Shown here: positions 19,752 through 30,086 of the stretch, piece by piece | Layout: each line of letters starts with the position of its first letter | Numbering within the stretch: position 1 is the first letter of the stretch | Source of the DNA: Candidatus Sulfomarinibacteraceae bacterium | GTDB lineage: Bacteria > Acidobacteriota > Thermoanaerobaculia > Thermoanaerobaculales > Sulfomarinibacteraceae | Assembly: GCA_963796455.1 (NCBI GenBank) | Contig: CAWCLO010000001.1 | Location: 1,216,001 to 1,280,000, forward strand | Length of the DNA: 64,000 nucleotides | Direction of reading: 5' to 3' | Position numbers and translations under genes: made by a program | Notes under the pieces: model-generated | The model's input: the letters and a program-made list of their open reading frames with translations, nothing else | Told to the model about the DNA's origin: nothing | Databases searched by the model: none

Positions 19752-20570
19752 ATGTCCTCAGCCGAACACACGGTCGCCGCCGTCAGTTTCTTGAACGCCC
19801 GGCCGCTGATCGACGGTCTCGAGCATGAGCCCTCCATCGAATTGCTTACCGATGTGCCGAGCCGGTTGTTGGAGACCCTGATCGAGCGACGCGCCGATGT
19901 GGCGCTGTGTCCGGTGATCGATTTTCAGAGGGCCTCCCCCGACCTGTGCGTCGTGCCGGCGGGCGCCATCGGGTCGGACGGACCAACCCACACGGTCCGG
20001 GTCTTTTCGAGACTGCCGATCGTCGATCTCGAACGGGTCCACACCGATTCCGACAGTCACACCTCGGTGGCTCTACTCGAAGTGGTATTGGAGGCCCGTC
20101 ACGGACGCCGCCCCGAGCTCGTCACCCTGAAACCAGGATCCACGGTCACCGGCGCCCCCCCCGACGCCGTCCTCCTGATTGGCGACAAAGTTGTCCACAA
20201 CGAGCCTGACGCGGCCGTTTACCCATACCAGATCGACCTCGGTGACGCGTGGAAAGAGCTCACAGGCCTGCCCTTCGTTTTTGCCACATGGCTCGCCCAT
20301 CGGGACAGCGACCTCGGCGGTCTCCCCGACCTGCTGCGGCACTGCCGCGATCGGAATCTGGCCCGGATTCCGGAGATCGCGTCCGACCACGCCGATGGCT
20401 GGCCCGCCGACCTCGCCCGCCGCTATCTCGGACAGATCCTTCAGTACCGTCTCGGCGATCGCGAGTTCGAGTCGATCGAACTCTTCTGGTCACGTTGCCA
20501 CGAACTGGGGTTGATCGAGCGACTGCGGCCGATGAAGATTTACGGGGAAATCCAACACACCAGGGGATAA
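19752..20570 (+). CDS. mqnA: Chorismate dehydratase (futalosine menaquinone pathway)
   Basis: VSFLNARPL, SHTSVALL, LLIGDK, DLGDAWKELTGLPFVFATW. Confidence 0.88.
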   Translation: MSSAEHTVAAVSFLNARPLIDGLEHEPSIELLTDVPSRLLETLIERRADVALCPVIDFQRASPDLCVVPAGAIGSDGPTHTVRVFSRLPIVDLERVHTDSDSHTSVALLEVVLEARHGRRPELVTLKPGSTVTGAPPDAVLLIGDKVVHNEPDAAVYPYQIDLGDAWKELTGLPFVFATWLAHRDSDLGGLPDLLRHCRDRNLARIPEIASDHADGWPADLARRYLGQILQYRLGDREFESIELFWSRCHELGLIERLRPMKIYGEIQHTRG

Positions 20571-20651
20571 TCCCTCTCTTAGGATGCCGAAGGGCCCGCC
20601 GGTGAATCGGGAAGATTGAGCAGCCGCGCGAGGCGGGCCGGAGGGAAGGTG

Positions 20652-20876
20652 TCACGCCTCGTGAATTGGGGCGTCTTCTTCATACTCCAGGAGCTCACCT
20701 GGTTGACAATTCAATGCCCGACACAGGGCATCGAGAGTGGTGAAACGAATCGCTCGTGCTTTGTTGGTTTTCAGAATTGAGAGGTTGGCGAGGGTGATCC
20801 CGACTTGTTCCGCGAGCTCGGTCAGCGACATCTTCCGCCGAACCAGCATGAGGTCGAGGTTGATTTGGATAGGCAT
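20652..20876 (-). CDS. Cro/C1-type HTH regulator (YozG-like)
   Basis: MSLTELAEQVGITLANLSILKTNKARAIRFTTLDALCRALNCQPGELLEY. Confidence 0.92.
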   Translation of the reverse strand: MPIQINLDLMLVRRKMSLTELAEQVGITLANLSILKTNKARAIRFTTLDALCRALNCQPGELLEYEEDAPIHEA

Positions 20877-20892
20877 GGTCAGTCCATCCTGG

Positions 20893-21576
20893 TCAAACGG
20901 TCAGAGACTGTTCTTCTTTCAGCGCCTGCTCATGGTTCTGGATCTCGTTTCCTCTGGCGAGAATAATGCCGACCACCAGGAAAAGGAGACCCACGACCAA
21001 GACGTCCTTGTCGAACGTGATCGCCGGTCGCAGATTCAAGTTGGTGACCTGGATGTTCGATAAGACGTAGTCGGCGAGAGCGTAGTCCAATGGGGGCAGG
21101 GCGACACCCAGAATCAAGATGCTGTAGCCGCACCGTCGGAACAAACCACCATTGGCCGGATCAAACGGCCGATCATCGAGCACGTTTTTCAAGACCCTGC
21201 GCAGCATCCAGATCACGTAGAAAATGACCAACATCGCCACCAGGAATCTTCCCAGAGAGGCGAACTGGAGCCACCATTCGGTGGTCAGCAGGCGGAGTTC
21301 TCCGCGCGCCTTCACCAGACTCGCTTTCTCGATTCCGGGGTCTCGCGAGGAGGCAGTCGGCGGCCCGATCTCGAGAGGCATGGCCGGCAAGAGGGATCTC
21401 TCTCCGACCACGACCTGGACGGTCGCGTCGGCAGCCGTCTGTCCGTCGGCCATGAGGAGCGGAGAGATCGCGAGCCAACCCGCGAGTACGACGACGGAGA
21501 GCCCACCGAGGACGAGAACGACATCAAACCAGATTTTCAAAACCCGCACCGGGAGGACCTTGGTCGTTGCTTTCAT
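20893..21576 (-). CDS. DUF2975-like membrane protein
   Basis: ~4 TM, PFD..N motif, C-terminal LKEEQSLTV; usual partner of YozG-like HTH. Confidence 0.8.
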   Translation of the reverse strand: MKATTKVLPVRVLKIWFDVVLVLGGLSVVVLAGWLAISPLLMADGQTAADATVQVVVGERSLLPAMPLEIGPPTASSRDPGIEKASLVKARGELRLLTTEWWLQFASLGRFLVAMLVIFYVIWMLRRVLKNVLDDRPFDPANGGLFRRCGYSILILGVALPPLDYALADYVLSNIQVTNLNLRPAITFDKDVLVVGLLFLVVGIILARGNEIQNHEQALKEEQSLTV

Positions 21577-21617
21577 GGTTAGCCTCCTTGGAGCACGCCC
21601 CGATTATAGATCCTCAT

Positions 21618-21655
21618 TTATTGAAAAACAATAAAAAAATATCGAATTCCAATAA
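21618..21655. promoter_or_regulatory. Tandem palindromic operators upstream of DUF2975-HTH operon
   Basis: TTATTG-N5-CAATAA (21618-21634) and ATATCG-N5-CAATAA (21639-21655) in an AT-rich patch. Confidence 0.6.
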
Positions 21656-21819
21656 TACATCGATGAAAAGTATATCCTTCAGAATTGCCCGGGACTCGCG
21701 ATCTGGACCACCCCAGCTCAGACCGCTTGGGTGTCTGGAGATCGCGCTTCGAGTCGGTCAAGGCGGTCGCGACTCGGTGATCAAACCCAGGATCAACACG
21801 GGTGTACTAAGCTGGAGAC

Positions 21820-23358
21820 GTGCCCACCGAAGCCTCTTCCGACGCCAGATCGACGAGTCAGAAAACCGGCCTTCTCCTGGGCCCCATCCTGTTCTGCGTG
21901 ACCCTGTTTCTGGGTCTCGATTCTTCCAGCCCAACGGTCACCAACATGGCGGCGGTGGCGGTGCTGATGGCGACCTGGTGGATCACCGATGCCGTCCCCC
22001 TGTCAGCCACCGCGCTTTTGCCGCTGGTGCTCTATCCCCTGCTGGGAATCATGAAGACCCGTGAGTGTGCGCCGATCTACGTCAACAGCACGATCTTTCT
22101 CTTCATCGGTGGTTTCATGATTGCCGTGACGATGGAGAAGTGGCGCCTGCACAAGCGAATCGCGCTGTGGATCATCCGGCGGATCGGGGGCGGGCCGTCG
22201 CGCATCATCCTCGGTTTCATGATCGCGTCGGCATTTCTCTCGATGTGGATCTCCAATACCGCCACCGCCATCATGATGGTACCCATCGCCATGGCAATCG
22301 TCCTGCAGCTCGAGGAGAGGTCCGGAATGAGCTCGTGCCACCCCTTCACGGTTGCGCTGATGCTCGGTATTGCCTACGCATGCTCGCTGGGCGGCATGGC
22401 GACCCTGGTCGGCACGCCGCCGAATTTGTCGTTCGCGAGGATTTTCGAGATCACTTTCCCGAATGCGGAGCCCATCGCCTTCGGGCAATGGTTGGTGATG
22501 GCGATTCCCATCACCCTGATTCTACTGACCATCGTGTGGTTGCTTCTGACGCGAGTGTTTTTCCGCTTCGGAAAATCCTTCGAGGTCGACCGCGAGGTCG
22601 TCAATCGCGAGTACACGGCCCTCGGCGGCGTATCGTTCGAAGAGCGGGCGGTGCTGGCGGTCTTCGTGGCCACCGCCTTCGGTTGGGTCTTTCGCAAGGA
22701 CCTCGTGCTCGGCTTTCTGACGATCCCGGGATGGTCGCGGCTGCTGCCCCACGCGGATCTGATCGATGACGCCACGGTCGCCATCGGTATGGCGATGATC
22801 CTGTTTTTCATCCCGACGCGCAGCCGGAATGCCCCCAGCCGCATGGTGATGGGAGTCGACGTGTTCACCAAGATCCCGTGGCACATCGTGATTCTGTTCG
22901 GAGGCGGTTTCGCCCTCGCGCAGGGCTTCCGGGTCACCGGTCTCTCGGAGATGATCGGAACCAGGTTCGCGGGCCTCGAGGGAACGCCTCCTTACGCCAT
23001 GATCGTACTGGTCTGCGGCGGCCTCACCTTCCTCACCGAATTGACCTCCAACATCGCGACAACCGAAATGATCCTGCCGATCCTCGCCTCGGTGGCGGTC
23101 GCCATGAAGGCCAACCCGCTGCTGCTGATGATCCCGGCTACGCTGTCGGCGTCGTGCGCCTTCATGATGCCCGTGGCCACTCCTCCGAACGCCATCATCT
23201 TCGCCAGCGGCCGGATCAAGATCGCCGAGATGGCCAGGGTCGGTCTCGCCATCAACCTGATCGGCGTGTTGGTTATCTCCCTGGTGTTCTATTTCCTCGG
23301 GTCCGCGGTTTTCGGCATCGAAACCGCGGTCTTCCCGACGTGGGCGGAGTCTAGATAG
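21820..23358 (+). CDS. DASS/SLC13 family Na+:dicarboxylate/sulfate symporter
   Basis: LSMWISNTAT, GTPPN, LFGGGFALA, TELTSN, FMMPVATPPNAI. Confidence 0.93.
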   Translation: MPTEASSDARSTSQKTGLLLGPILFCVTLFLGLDSSSPTVTNMAAVAVLMATWWITDAVPLSATALLPLVLYPLLGIMKTRECAPIYVNSTIFLFIGGFMIAVTMEKWRLHKRIALWIIRRIGGGPSRIILGFMIASAFLSMWISNTATAIMMVPIAMAIVLQLEERSGMSSCHPFTVALMLGIAYACSLGGMATLVGTPPNLSFARIFEITFPNAEPIAFGQWLVMAIPITLILLTIVWLLLTRVFFRFGKSFEVDREVVNREYTALGGVSFEERAVLAVFVATAFGWVFRKDLVLGFLTIPGWSRLLPHADLIDDATVAIGMAMILFFIPTRSRNAPSRMVMGVDVFTKIPWHIVILFGGGFALAQGFRVTGLSEMIGTRFAGLEGTPPYAMIVLVCGGLTFLTELTSNIATTEMILPILASVAVAMKANPLLLMIPATLSASCAFMMPVATPPNAIIFASGRIKIAEMARVGLAINLIGVLVISLVFYFLGSAVFGIETAVFPTWAESR

Positions 23359-23377
23359 ACTGAAGCAGACGCTCGGT

Positions 23378-23740
23378 CTAGGCTTCTGAAGTTCGTTCCG
23401 GCCACCAGCGATATTTCTCCATATCGAGTTTCCCGTTGTCCAGGAATTCGACACCCTCCTCCTCGAGCAGCGATCGCTGAAGACCCTTGGGAAAGTCCGG
23501 CAAACGATCGGTGGAACAACCGCCCGAGGCATTGACGACCCGCTGCCACGGAAGTCCATCCGGGCAACGGTGGAGCATCCAGCCCACCGCCCGCGGCGAC
23601 AAACGACCACCGAGAACGGTCGAAATCTGGCCGTAGCTCATGACTCGACCGCGCGGGATCCGCCGCACCAGTTCGGTCACCTGTTGCTGCGCGTTGAGGC
23701 GCTCGCCTTCGATATCGCCGTGGACTCGCTTTGCGGTCAT
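23378..23740 (-). CDS. Alkyltransferase-like protein (Atl/YbaZ, MGMT family)
   Basis: IPRGRVMSYGQI, SPRAVGW, PWQRVVN (Trp at the catalytic Cys position), QRSLLEEEGV. Confidence 0.85.
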   Translation of the reverse strand: MTAKRVHGDIEGERLNAQQQVTELVRRIPRGRVMSYGQISTVLGGRLSPRAVGWMLHRCPDGLPWQRVVNASGGCSTDRLPDFPKGLQRSLLEEEGVEFLDNGKLDMEKYRWWPERTSEA

Positions 23741-23759
23741 ATCACCCAGCCTACCACCC

Positions 23760-24336
23760 TATCCGCTCCGGCTCCCGATCCCGATCCCGAAGGGGAGAAA
23801 GGGAGAAAGGGAGAAAGGGAGAACGCACCACACGATGCTCGATACTCGATGCTGGATGCTGGATCTGCCACCCACATCGCACAGGGCAGAGGGGAAAAGG
23901 AGAACCGTTCGGCACCGGTTTCGCACGCATGCGAATGTCGCCTCCCGATGTCATCCTGAGCGGAGCCCCACAGGGCGTAGTCGAAGGATCTATGTGATGG
24001 ACCGAAGCCTCCTTGTCCGCAGATCCTTCGACTCGGCCGTCGGACGGCCTCCCTCAGGATGACATCTTGAACGATAGTTCCGCTCCCGATCCCGTTCCCG
24101 ATCCCGAATGGGGCTGACCGTACCCCAGGGTTGAGGGAGCGTTCACTATCGCTATCGGAATCGCTATCGAACGGCTGCTATGGATACCGACCTCGTAAGA
24201 GAGACAGGGCCTCACCGGTTCGGTCGATCATGATAAGGGCCGCATCTCCTCTGCTCCTCTGCTCCTCTGCTCCTCTGCTCCTCTGCTCCTCTCTCCTCTG
24301 CTCCTCTGCTCCTCTGCTCCTCTGCTCCTCTGCTCC
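23760..24336. repeat. Composite intergenic repeat element, copy B (palindrome core 23947-24066)
   Basis: Same modules as copy A (octamer array in a different position); ~300 bp nearly identical to 50664-50985. Confidence 0.9.
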
Positions 24337-24352
24337 GGGGTACTATGGCTCG

Positions 24353-26770
24353 GTGTTCGCTCACGTCGCCATCCCCCGCAGCACGCCCGATGCGTTGACC
24401 TACGAGATCCCCGAAGATCTTGTTCGTTTTGCCAAGCCCGGGGTCAGGGTTCGGGTCCCACTGCGCAAGAGGAAGGTGACCGGTGTGGTCATCGCGGTGT
24501 CCGAGACCACCGATTTGGAGCCCAAATCCATTCGTTCACTGACCGAGGTCCTCGATCCCGAGCCCCTGCTGCCGCCGCATCTTTTCCACCTCGCGCGTTT
24601 TGTCTCAGAATATTATCGTTGCCCGCTCGGCGACACCCTGGCCGCCATGCTGCCAACCGGGTTGATGCGCTCGGATGGCGAGATCGCCCGGCTGACGACC
24701 CGGGGCGCGGGCTTTGACGCCGCCACCCTGCCGGCTAAGCAGGAGGCGATTCTCAGCGAATTGCAGGCATCAACCAAGGTGGGAGTGCCCGCGCTCCTGT
24801 CGCGAACCGGGGTCAAGGGCCGGGGGCCGTTGGATGCCCTCATCCACGAAGGACTGGCATCGGTCGGCCGACTCCGACGCGACCGGGCACCGGAGGCCGA
24901 GGTCACCGCGGTCCGCCTGGTCGATGAAGAAGTCGAGAGCCTGCTCGAAAGATGTCGCCGCGCGCCCCGTCGTCGGGAGGTGATCGAGTGGCTTTCGGAG
25001 CAGGGACGTCCGGCTCTCGCCAGCGAGGTCTGCGCGGCTGTCGGGTGTTCACCGTCGACACTCCGGGCCATGACCGAAGCGGGTCTTCTGACCAGTTTTC
25101 GGCAGGCGGCTCCCCGCCGTCCGCGTTGGGTGCTCAAAGCATCGGAAGAACGACTCACTCTGACCGATGAACAACAGCATGTGGTTGACGAGACCTCGAA
25201 GGCGATCTCCAGGCAGCACTACGCTCCGATCCTCCTCGAGGGAATCACCGGGTCGGGAAAGACAGAGGTGTATCTCAGGTGTCTGGAGAAGGTCCTGGCC
25301 GAGGGCCGCAGCGGGCTGGTGCTGGTGCCGGAAATCGGCCTCACCCCGGCTGCGTCCGGGGCCGTTGAACGCCGGTTTGGATCTCGCGCCGCCGTCTTGC
25401 ATTCGGCGCTCTCCGAGGGCGATCGGTGGCGGGAGTGGAAGCGCATCCGCAATGGCGAGGCGACCGTTGTGGTGGGGCCCCGATCGGCCCTCTTCGCGCC
25501 CTTCGACAAGCTCGGGCTGATCGTGGTCGACGAGGAACACGATGCAGCCTACAAACAACAGGAATCACCCCGCTACAACGCCCGCGATCTGGCCCTGGTC
25601 ACAGCGCAGCATCTCGATGTGCCGGTGATGTTGTGTTCGGCAACACCATCGCTGGAAAGTTCGGCACTGGTGGAACGCGGGCTCGCCACGAGGCTCCAAC
25701 TGACCCGGCGGGTCGCCGGCGGATCGCTCCCTGAGGTGGAGTTGGTCGATCTCCGCTGCGAAGCACCGGAACCGGGAGAACAGGGCCGAACGCTCTTTTC
25801 CAGACGACTTCGAGAATTGCTCGGCGAGACCATCGATCGGGGCGAACAGGCCATCTTGTTGATGCAGCGCCGCGGCTGGGCCCCGATCCTCCTGTGCCGC
25901 GACTGCGGCCACCGGATCGAGTGTCCGGACTGTTCGGTGTCACTGGTGGTCCATCAACGATCCGGAGACCTCCGCTGCCACTACTGCGGTCACCACGACG
26001 TCTCACCATCGGTCTGTCCCGAGTGCAACGGCGATCTTCTCGACGCGGTCGGCGCCGGTACCGAAAAGGTCGCCCACCATCTGCAGTCGATCTTTCCCGA
26101 CGTCCGGTCGGCGATTCTCGACCGCGACACCGTTCGCCGACGCTCCGGTCTGCAGGAAACTCTGGGTGCCTTTGCCTCCGGCGCCGTCCAGGTGCTCATC
26201 GGAACCCAGATGGTGGCCAAGGGCCACCACTTTCCCGGCGTCACCCTGACCGGAGTGATCTCGGCCGACGCCATGCTCGGTCTGCCCGATTTCCGAGCCG
26301 GCGAACGAACCTTCCAGCTTCTGACCCAGCTGGCCGGCCGTTCGGGCCGCGGCGAACGACCCGGCCGGGTGGTGATCCAAACCTACTACCCGATGCACCC
26401 TGCGGTCAGACTTGCGTGCAAGCACGACGTCACGACCTTTCTCGAAGAAGAGATGGTCTACCGCCGGAGTTTCTCCTACCCACCGTTGACCCGTCTGGCT
26501 CTGATCCGCTTCGAGGCCACAGACGAGCGTCGATGCCGATCGGCAGCCGAAGACGCAGCTCGTGCCGCCGCGCCTGTTCCAGAGAGGGTTCGTCTTCGCG
26601 GTCCATCACCGGCCCCATTGGAGAGGATACGCTCCAATTGGCGGTGGCAGATCCTCCTTTCGGCGGCAAATCGTGAACTCCTGCGCGATGTTCTGGCCCG
26701 CATCGAGGCCCGGCCGCTGGCCAACGGCGTCCGCCGAATCGTCGACGTGGATCCCTTGTCGACCTTGTAG
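24353..26770 (+). CDS. priA: Primosomal protein N' (replication restart helicase)
   Basis: GITGSGKTEVY, VPEIGLTP, DEEHD, four CxxC pairs, GTQMVAKG, PDFRAGERTFQ; the ORF-track N-terminal extension is repeat DNA. Confidence 0.96.
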   Translation: MFAHVAIPRSTPDALTYEIPEDLVRFAKPGVRVRVPLRKRKVTGVVIAVSETTDLEPKSIRSLTEVLDPEPLLPPHLFHLARFVSEYYRCPLGDTLAAMLPTGLMRSDGEIARLTTRGAGFDAATLPAKQEAILSELQASTKVGVPALLSRTGVKGRGPLDALIHEGLASVGRLRRDRAPEAEVTAVRLVDEEVESLLERCRRAPRRREVIEWLSEQGRPALASEVCAAVGCSPSTLRAMTEAGLLTSFRQAAPRRPRWVLKASEERLTLTDEQQHVVDETSKAISRQHYAPILLEGITGSGKTEVYLRCLEKVLAEGRSGLVLVPEIGLTPAASGAVERRFGSRAAVLHSALSEGDRWREWKRIRNGEATVVVGPRSALFAPFDKLGLIVVDEEHDAAYKQQESPRYNARDLALVTAQHLDVPVMLCSATPSLESSALVERGLATRLQLTRRVAGGSLPEVELVDLRCEAPEPGEQGRTLFSRRLRELLGETIDRGEQAILLMQRRGWAPILLCRDCGHRIECPDCSVSLVVHQRSGDLRCHYCGHHDVSPSVCPECNGDLLDAVGAGTEKVAHHLQSIFPDVRSAILDRDTVRRRSGLQETLGAFASGAVQVLIGTQMVAKGHHFPGVTLTGVISADAMLGLPDFRAGERTFQLLTQLAGRSGRGERPGRVVIQTYYPMHPAVRLACKHDVTTFLEEEMVYRRSFSYPPLTRLALIRFEATDERRCRSAAEDAARAAAPVPERVRLRGPSPAPLERIRSNWRWQILLSAANRELLRDVLARIEARPLANGVRRIVDVDPLSTL

Positions 26771-26858
26771 GGTGGTGATTTGAGGTGGAGTATTCTCGAG
26801 AGTTCGCCAGATCGGCAGAACCACAAAAACTGCCAGGATCACCCATCATCCATCTCAT

Positions 26859-26918
26859 ATCGCAGATAGGCACAGACAAGACGGAAAACAATCTGCGTTC
26901 ATCTGCGTGATCTGCGGT
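26859..26918. repeat. CGCAGAT/ATCTGCG short repeat motif
   Basis: 26891-26918 is the reverse complement of 30375-30402 at 27/28 positions. Confidence 0.7.
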
Positions 26919-27009
26919 GACTCCGCGCGATGTGCCCCACACCCTTAACTAGATGGTTCGTTCCTGCTCATCATTTGTTATGCTTTCCGACAATGAAGAT
27001 GGTTGGATA

Positions 27010-28242
27010 ATGGAAGACAGAGATTTTGGAAAATGGCTGGTCACGAACGGATTGCTGCAGAAAGACGATCTGCGGCGGGCAATGGAAATCCACACCGCGA
27101 CCCACAGCCGTTTGGACACCGTACTGATCGATCTCGGCTTGATGCCCGAGGATCCGCTGCTCGAAGCACTCGGCCGTTTCCACAACACGCGGACCGTTTC
27201 AAGGGTCGAGTTGCATTCGATCGGGCCGACGGTCGCACATGCGCTTTCTCCGCGCATCGCCACTCGACTCAGAGTGGCCCCATTTCGTATTGATGGAAAG
27301 ACCCTTTCGGTCGCGACCCTGGACCCGGGCGACCTTTTGATCGAGGATGAGCTTTCGCTCATCACCGGGGGGCTGGTGGCAAGCTATGTCACTCTCGAGT
27401 TCCGGCTCTTCGAAGCACTTTCGCGCCTCTACAACCTCAAACTGCCCGCCCACTACGAGGCCCTGATTCAAAGAGCGGACGCGCGCGGCGCAACGCCGGG
27501 CGGAATCCCGGTGGCCGCGTCAAAAGGCCCTCAGTACAAAGATCCGGACAGCAACGACATCAAGAAAGAGATGCACATTCCGCACAAGTTGCGCCGCCGC
27601 CACACCGATTTCACCGATCCGCTCGATCTCAGCGCCGAAGATTTGAGCCTGTTTCCTTCGCTGCGAGGAGATGCGGAAGATCCCGCCGGGAAAGGAATTT
27701 CGAGCCCCGTCATGCCTCGCATCGAGGCCCCTCCAGCCGATCTGACACCCGAGGAACGGCTCGCCGCAACAGCGCGCGCCCTCCAGAATGCCGAAATGCG
27801 CGAAGATATTGCCGACGCGGTGCTGGGTTATTGCGCCCCACTTTTTAAACGGCGCATGATGCTCGTGCTTCGCGGCGACACAGTGATGGGTTGGCGAGGC
27901 GAAGGCGAGGGGGTCGATCCGGACCAGGTCCGGAGGATCTCGATTCCCATATCCGATCCGTCCGTCTTTGTCGGTTTGGTTCAGGGGACGGAGTTCTGGC
28001 TCGGTCCGCTGCCCGAGATGCCCCGCAACCAGGAATTGGTCCGGGGCCTCGGTGGAAAACCGCCGACTGAGTGCTTCATTCTGCCCGTCACCATGCGAGA
28101 CAAGCCCGTGTGCTTCCTCTACTATGACAATATCGACGACGGTGTCGGCGGGTTGCCGATGGGGGAAATGCGGCGTTTGGCGGCCAAGGCCAGCCTCGCG
28201 TTTCAGGTCTATTTATTGAAAAGCAAGATCAGGAATCTTTAA
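27010..28242 (+). CDS. Hypothetical protein with N-terminal GspE/MshEN-like domain, no ATPase
   Basis: DFGKWLVTNGLLQKDDLRRAM...RLDTVLIDLGLMPEDPLLEAL, then VAPF...LSVATLDPGD; no Walker A. Confidence 0.7.
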   Translation: MEDRDFGKWLVTNGLLQKDDLRRAMEIHTATHSRLDTVLIDLGLMPEDPLLEALGRFHNTRTVSRVELHSIGPTVAHALSPRIATRLRVAPFRIDGKTLSVATLDPGDLLIEDELSLITGGLVASYVTLEFRLFEALSRLYNLKLPAHYEALIQRADARGATPGGIPVAASKGPQYKDPDSNDIKKEMHIPHKLRRRHTDFTDPLDLSAEDLSLFPSLRGDAEDPAGKGISSPVMPRIEAPPADLTPEERLAATARALQNAEMREDIADAVLGYCAPLFKRRMMLVLRGDTVMGWRGEGEGVDPDQVRRISIPISDPSVFVGLVQGTEFWLGPLPEMPRNQELVRGLGGKPPTECFILPVTMRDKPVCFLYYDNIDDGVGGLPMGEMRRLAAKASLAFQVYLLKSKIRNL

Positions 28243-28352
28243 GAAACGCTGGCCTCGGGCGTTATTGCATATGATGAGACCGCACGCTCGGCGAACCTTT
28301 CAGCCGTTGATGCGTAGAACATGAGCGTACGGGACGCGAAGGAGGACTCAAG

Positions 28353-30062
28353 GTGAAAACGAGAACAATCGTGCTGCTGACTGCGACTCTGGCTCTGGCC
28401 CCCGCTTTCCTCGGCCATGCACAACAACTACAGATTTCGGCGCTTCCGAGCGAAGTCGGCCCGCTGCCGGCCGCACCTGGAGAAGTGCTCGAACTCGACC
28501 TGACCGGCGCCTATCAGATTGCACTCGCACGCAATCTCGATCTCCACGTCGGACGTTACGATATCGCCATAGCCGACACCAATGTTCGTGGTTCGGGCGG
28601 AATCTTCGACCCCTATCTCAGAGCATCGATTGACGGCGATTCGGCGAGCGCGCCGACATCGACCGTCCTCGAAGGTGCAAATGTCGCCGAGAGCCGCAAT
28701 ACGCGCTTCAATCTCGGTGTCCAGCAACTGCTCCCGACCGGTACCGAGATCGGAGCGCAGTGGATCTCTTTCCGCGGCGAGACCAACTCGACCTTCTTCT
28801 TTCTCAACCCGCGCTGGGATGCGGCACTCAGCCTGACCTTGACGCAGCCGTTGCTCAACGGTTTCGGCACGGTCGCGACCCGCTCGCAGATCATCATCGC
28901 CGAAAACCTCCGCGAGCAGGCGGCCGTCGGTTTTGAGGTCCAGGTCATCAGCCTCATGGCCCAGGTGGAACAGGCCTATTGGGAGCTCGTTGCGACGCGG
29001 CTTGGCGTGGATGTCACAATCCAGAGCCTTGCCCTCGCCGAACAACTGCTCGAGGAGACTCGCCAAAGGGTCGAGGTCGGGACCTCGGCTCCGATCGACA
29101 TGGTGCAGTCGGAAGCGACCGTGGCGACCCGCAACCAGGAGCTGATCTACGCATACAATGCGGCCAACAACGCCGAGGACAGCCTCAAGGCACTGCTCGG
29201 TTTCGATCTCCCCCACGAGTGGGCCGTTCGGATCGAGACCACCGATTCCTACGAGATGGACCCGGTCCTACCGAATCTCGAGGATTCGATCGATGAGGCC
29301 CTCGAAAAACGCCCTGCGATCATCCGTCAAGAACTCGAACTGGCGAGACTCGATCAAAACGTCAAGCTGGCTCGCAACCGGGCCCTGCCGAACCTCGATC
29401 TCACCGGCAGCTACTCCTGGGGTGGAGTCAGCGGAACCTCGGTCATCGAGGACCCGGATGGAAACCCGGTCACCATCCGCGAGGGATGGGGTGATGCGGC
29501 GTCACAGGTTTTTGACTTCGATTTTCCGCGCTGGACCCTCGGTTTGACCTATACGATGCCGATCGGCAACCATATCGCCAAGGAACAGCTCGCTGCCAGC
29601 CGCTATCAACGCGAACGCGGTGGGGTGCAACTGGCAGCCCTCAAACAGCAGATCACGCGGGATGTCCGTTTTGCAGTGAGGTCGCTCGAGGACGGGGCCG
29701 CTGCCATCGACGCCGCGGTCGCATCACGGCTGCTGGCTGTGCGCAACCTCGAGGCCGAGCAGACCAAATTCGACAACGGGCTCTCCACCAACTTCCAGGT
29801 ATCGGAGATCCAGGATGCCCTGGCGACCGCTCAATTCGCCGAGATCCGCGCCCGCGTGGACTACCGCAAGGCGCTGGCGATCTTCTACGGTTCGACCGGG
29901 ACCTTCCTCGAGGCCAAGGGCGTCGAGATAGCCGACCCGGGCGCTCCCGATTCGGTCCACGACTATTGGAAGGATGTGGAGTGGCTGAAGTTCACCGATT
30001 TCAGGGGCTCACGCGACAAGGTCACGATCCCGGCCGAAGCGGTTTCGGCCTCCACCGACTGA
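28353..30062 (+). CDS. TolC-family outer membrane efflux protein
   Basis: Signal peptide, ALARNLDL, QPLLNGFG, AYWEL, LPNLDL, EQTKFDNGLSTNFQV. Confidence 0.88.
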   Translation: MKTRTIVLLTATLALAPAFLGHAQQLQISALPSEVGPLPAAPGEVLELDLTGAYQIALARNLDLHVGRYDIAIADTNVRGSGGIFDPYLRASIDGDSASAPTSTVLEGANVAESRNTRFNLGVQQLLPTGTEIGAQWISFRGETNSTFFFLNPRWDAALSLTLTQPLLNGFGTVATRSQIIIAENLREQAAVGFEVQVISLMAQVEQAYWELVATRLGVDVTIQSLALAEQLLEETRQRVEVGTSAPIDMVQSEATVATRNQELIYAYNAANNAEDSLKALLGFDLPHEWAVRIETTDSYEMDPVLPNLEDSIDEALEKRPAIIRQELELARLDQNVKLARNRALPNLDLTGSYSWGGVSGTSVIEDPDGNPVTIREGWGDAASQVFDFDFPRWTLGLTYTMPIGNHIAKEQLAASRYQRERGGVQLAALKQQITRDVRFAVRSLEDGAAAIDAAVASRLLAVRNLEAEQTKFDNGLSTNFQVSEIQDALATAQFAEIRARVDYRKALAIFYGSTGTFLEAKGVEIADPGAPDSVHDYWKDVEWLKFTDFRGSRDKVTIPAEAVSASTD

Positions 30063-30086
30063 AGCGCGAACCCACCAGCATCACCC

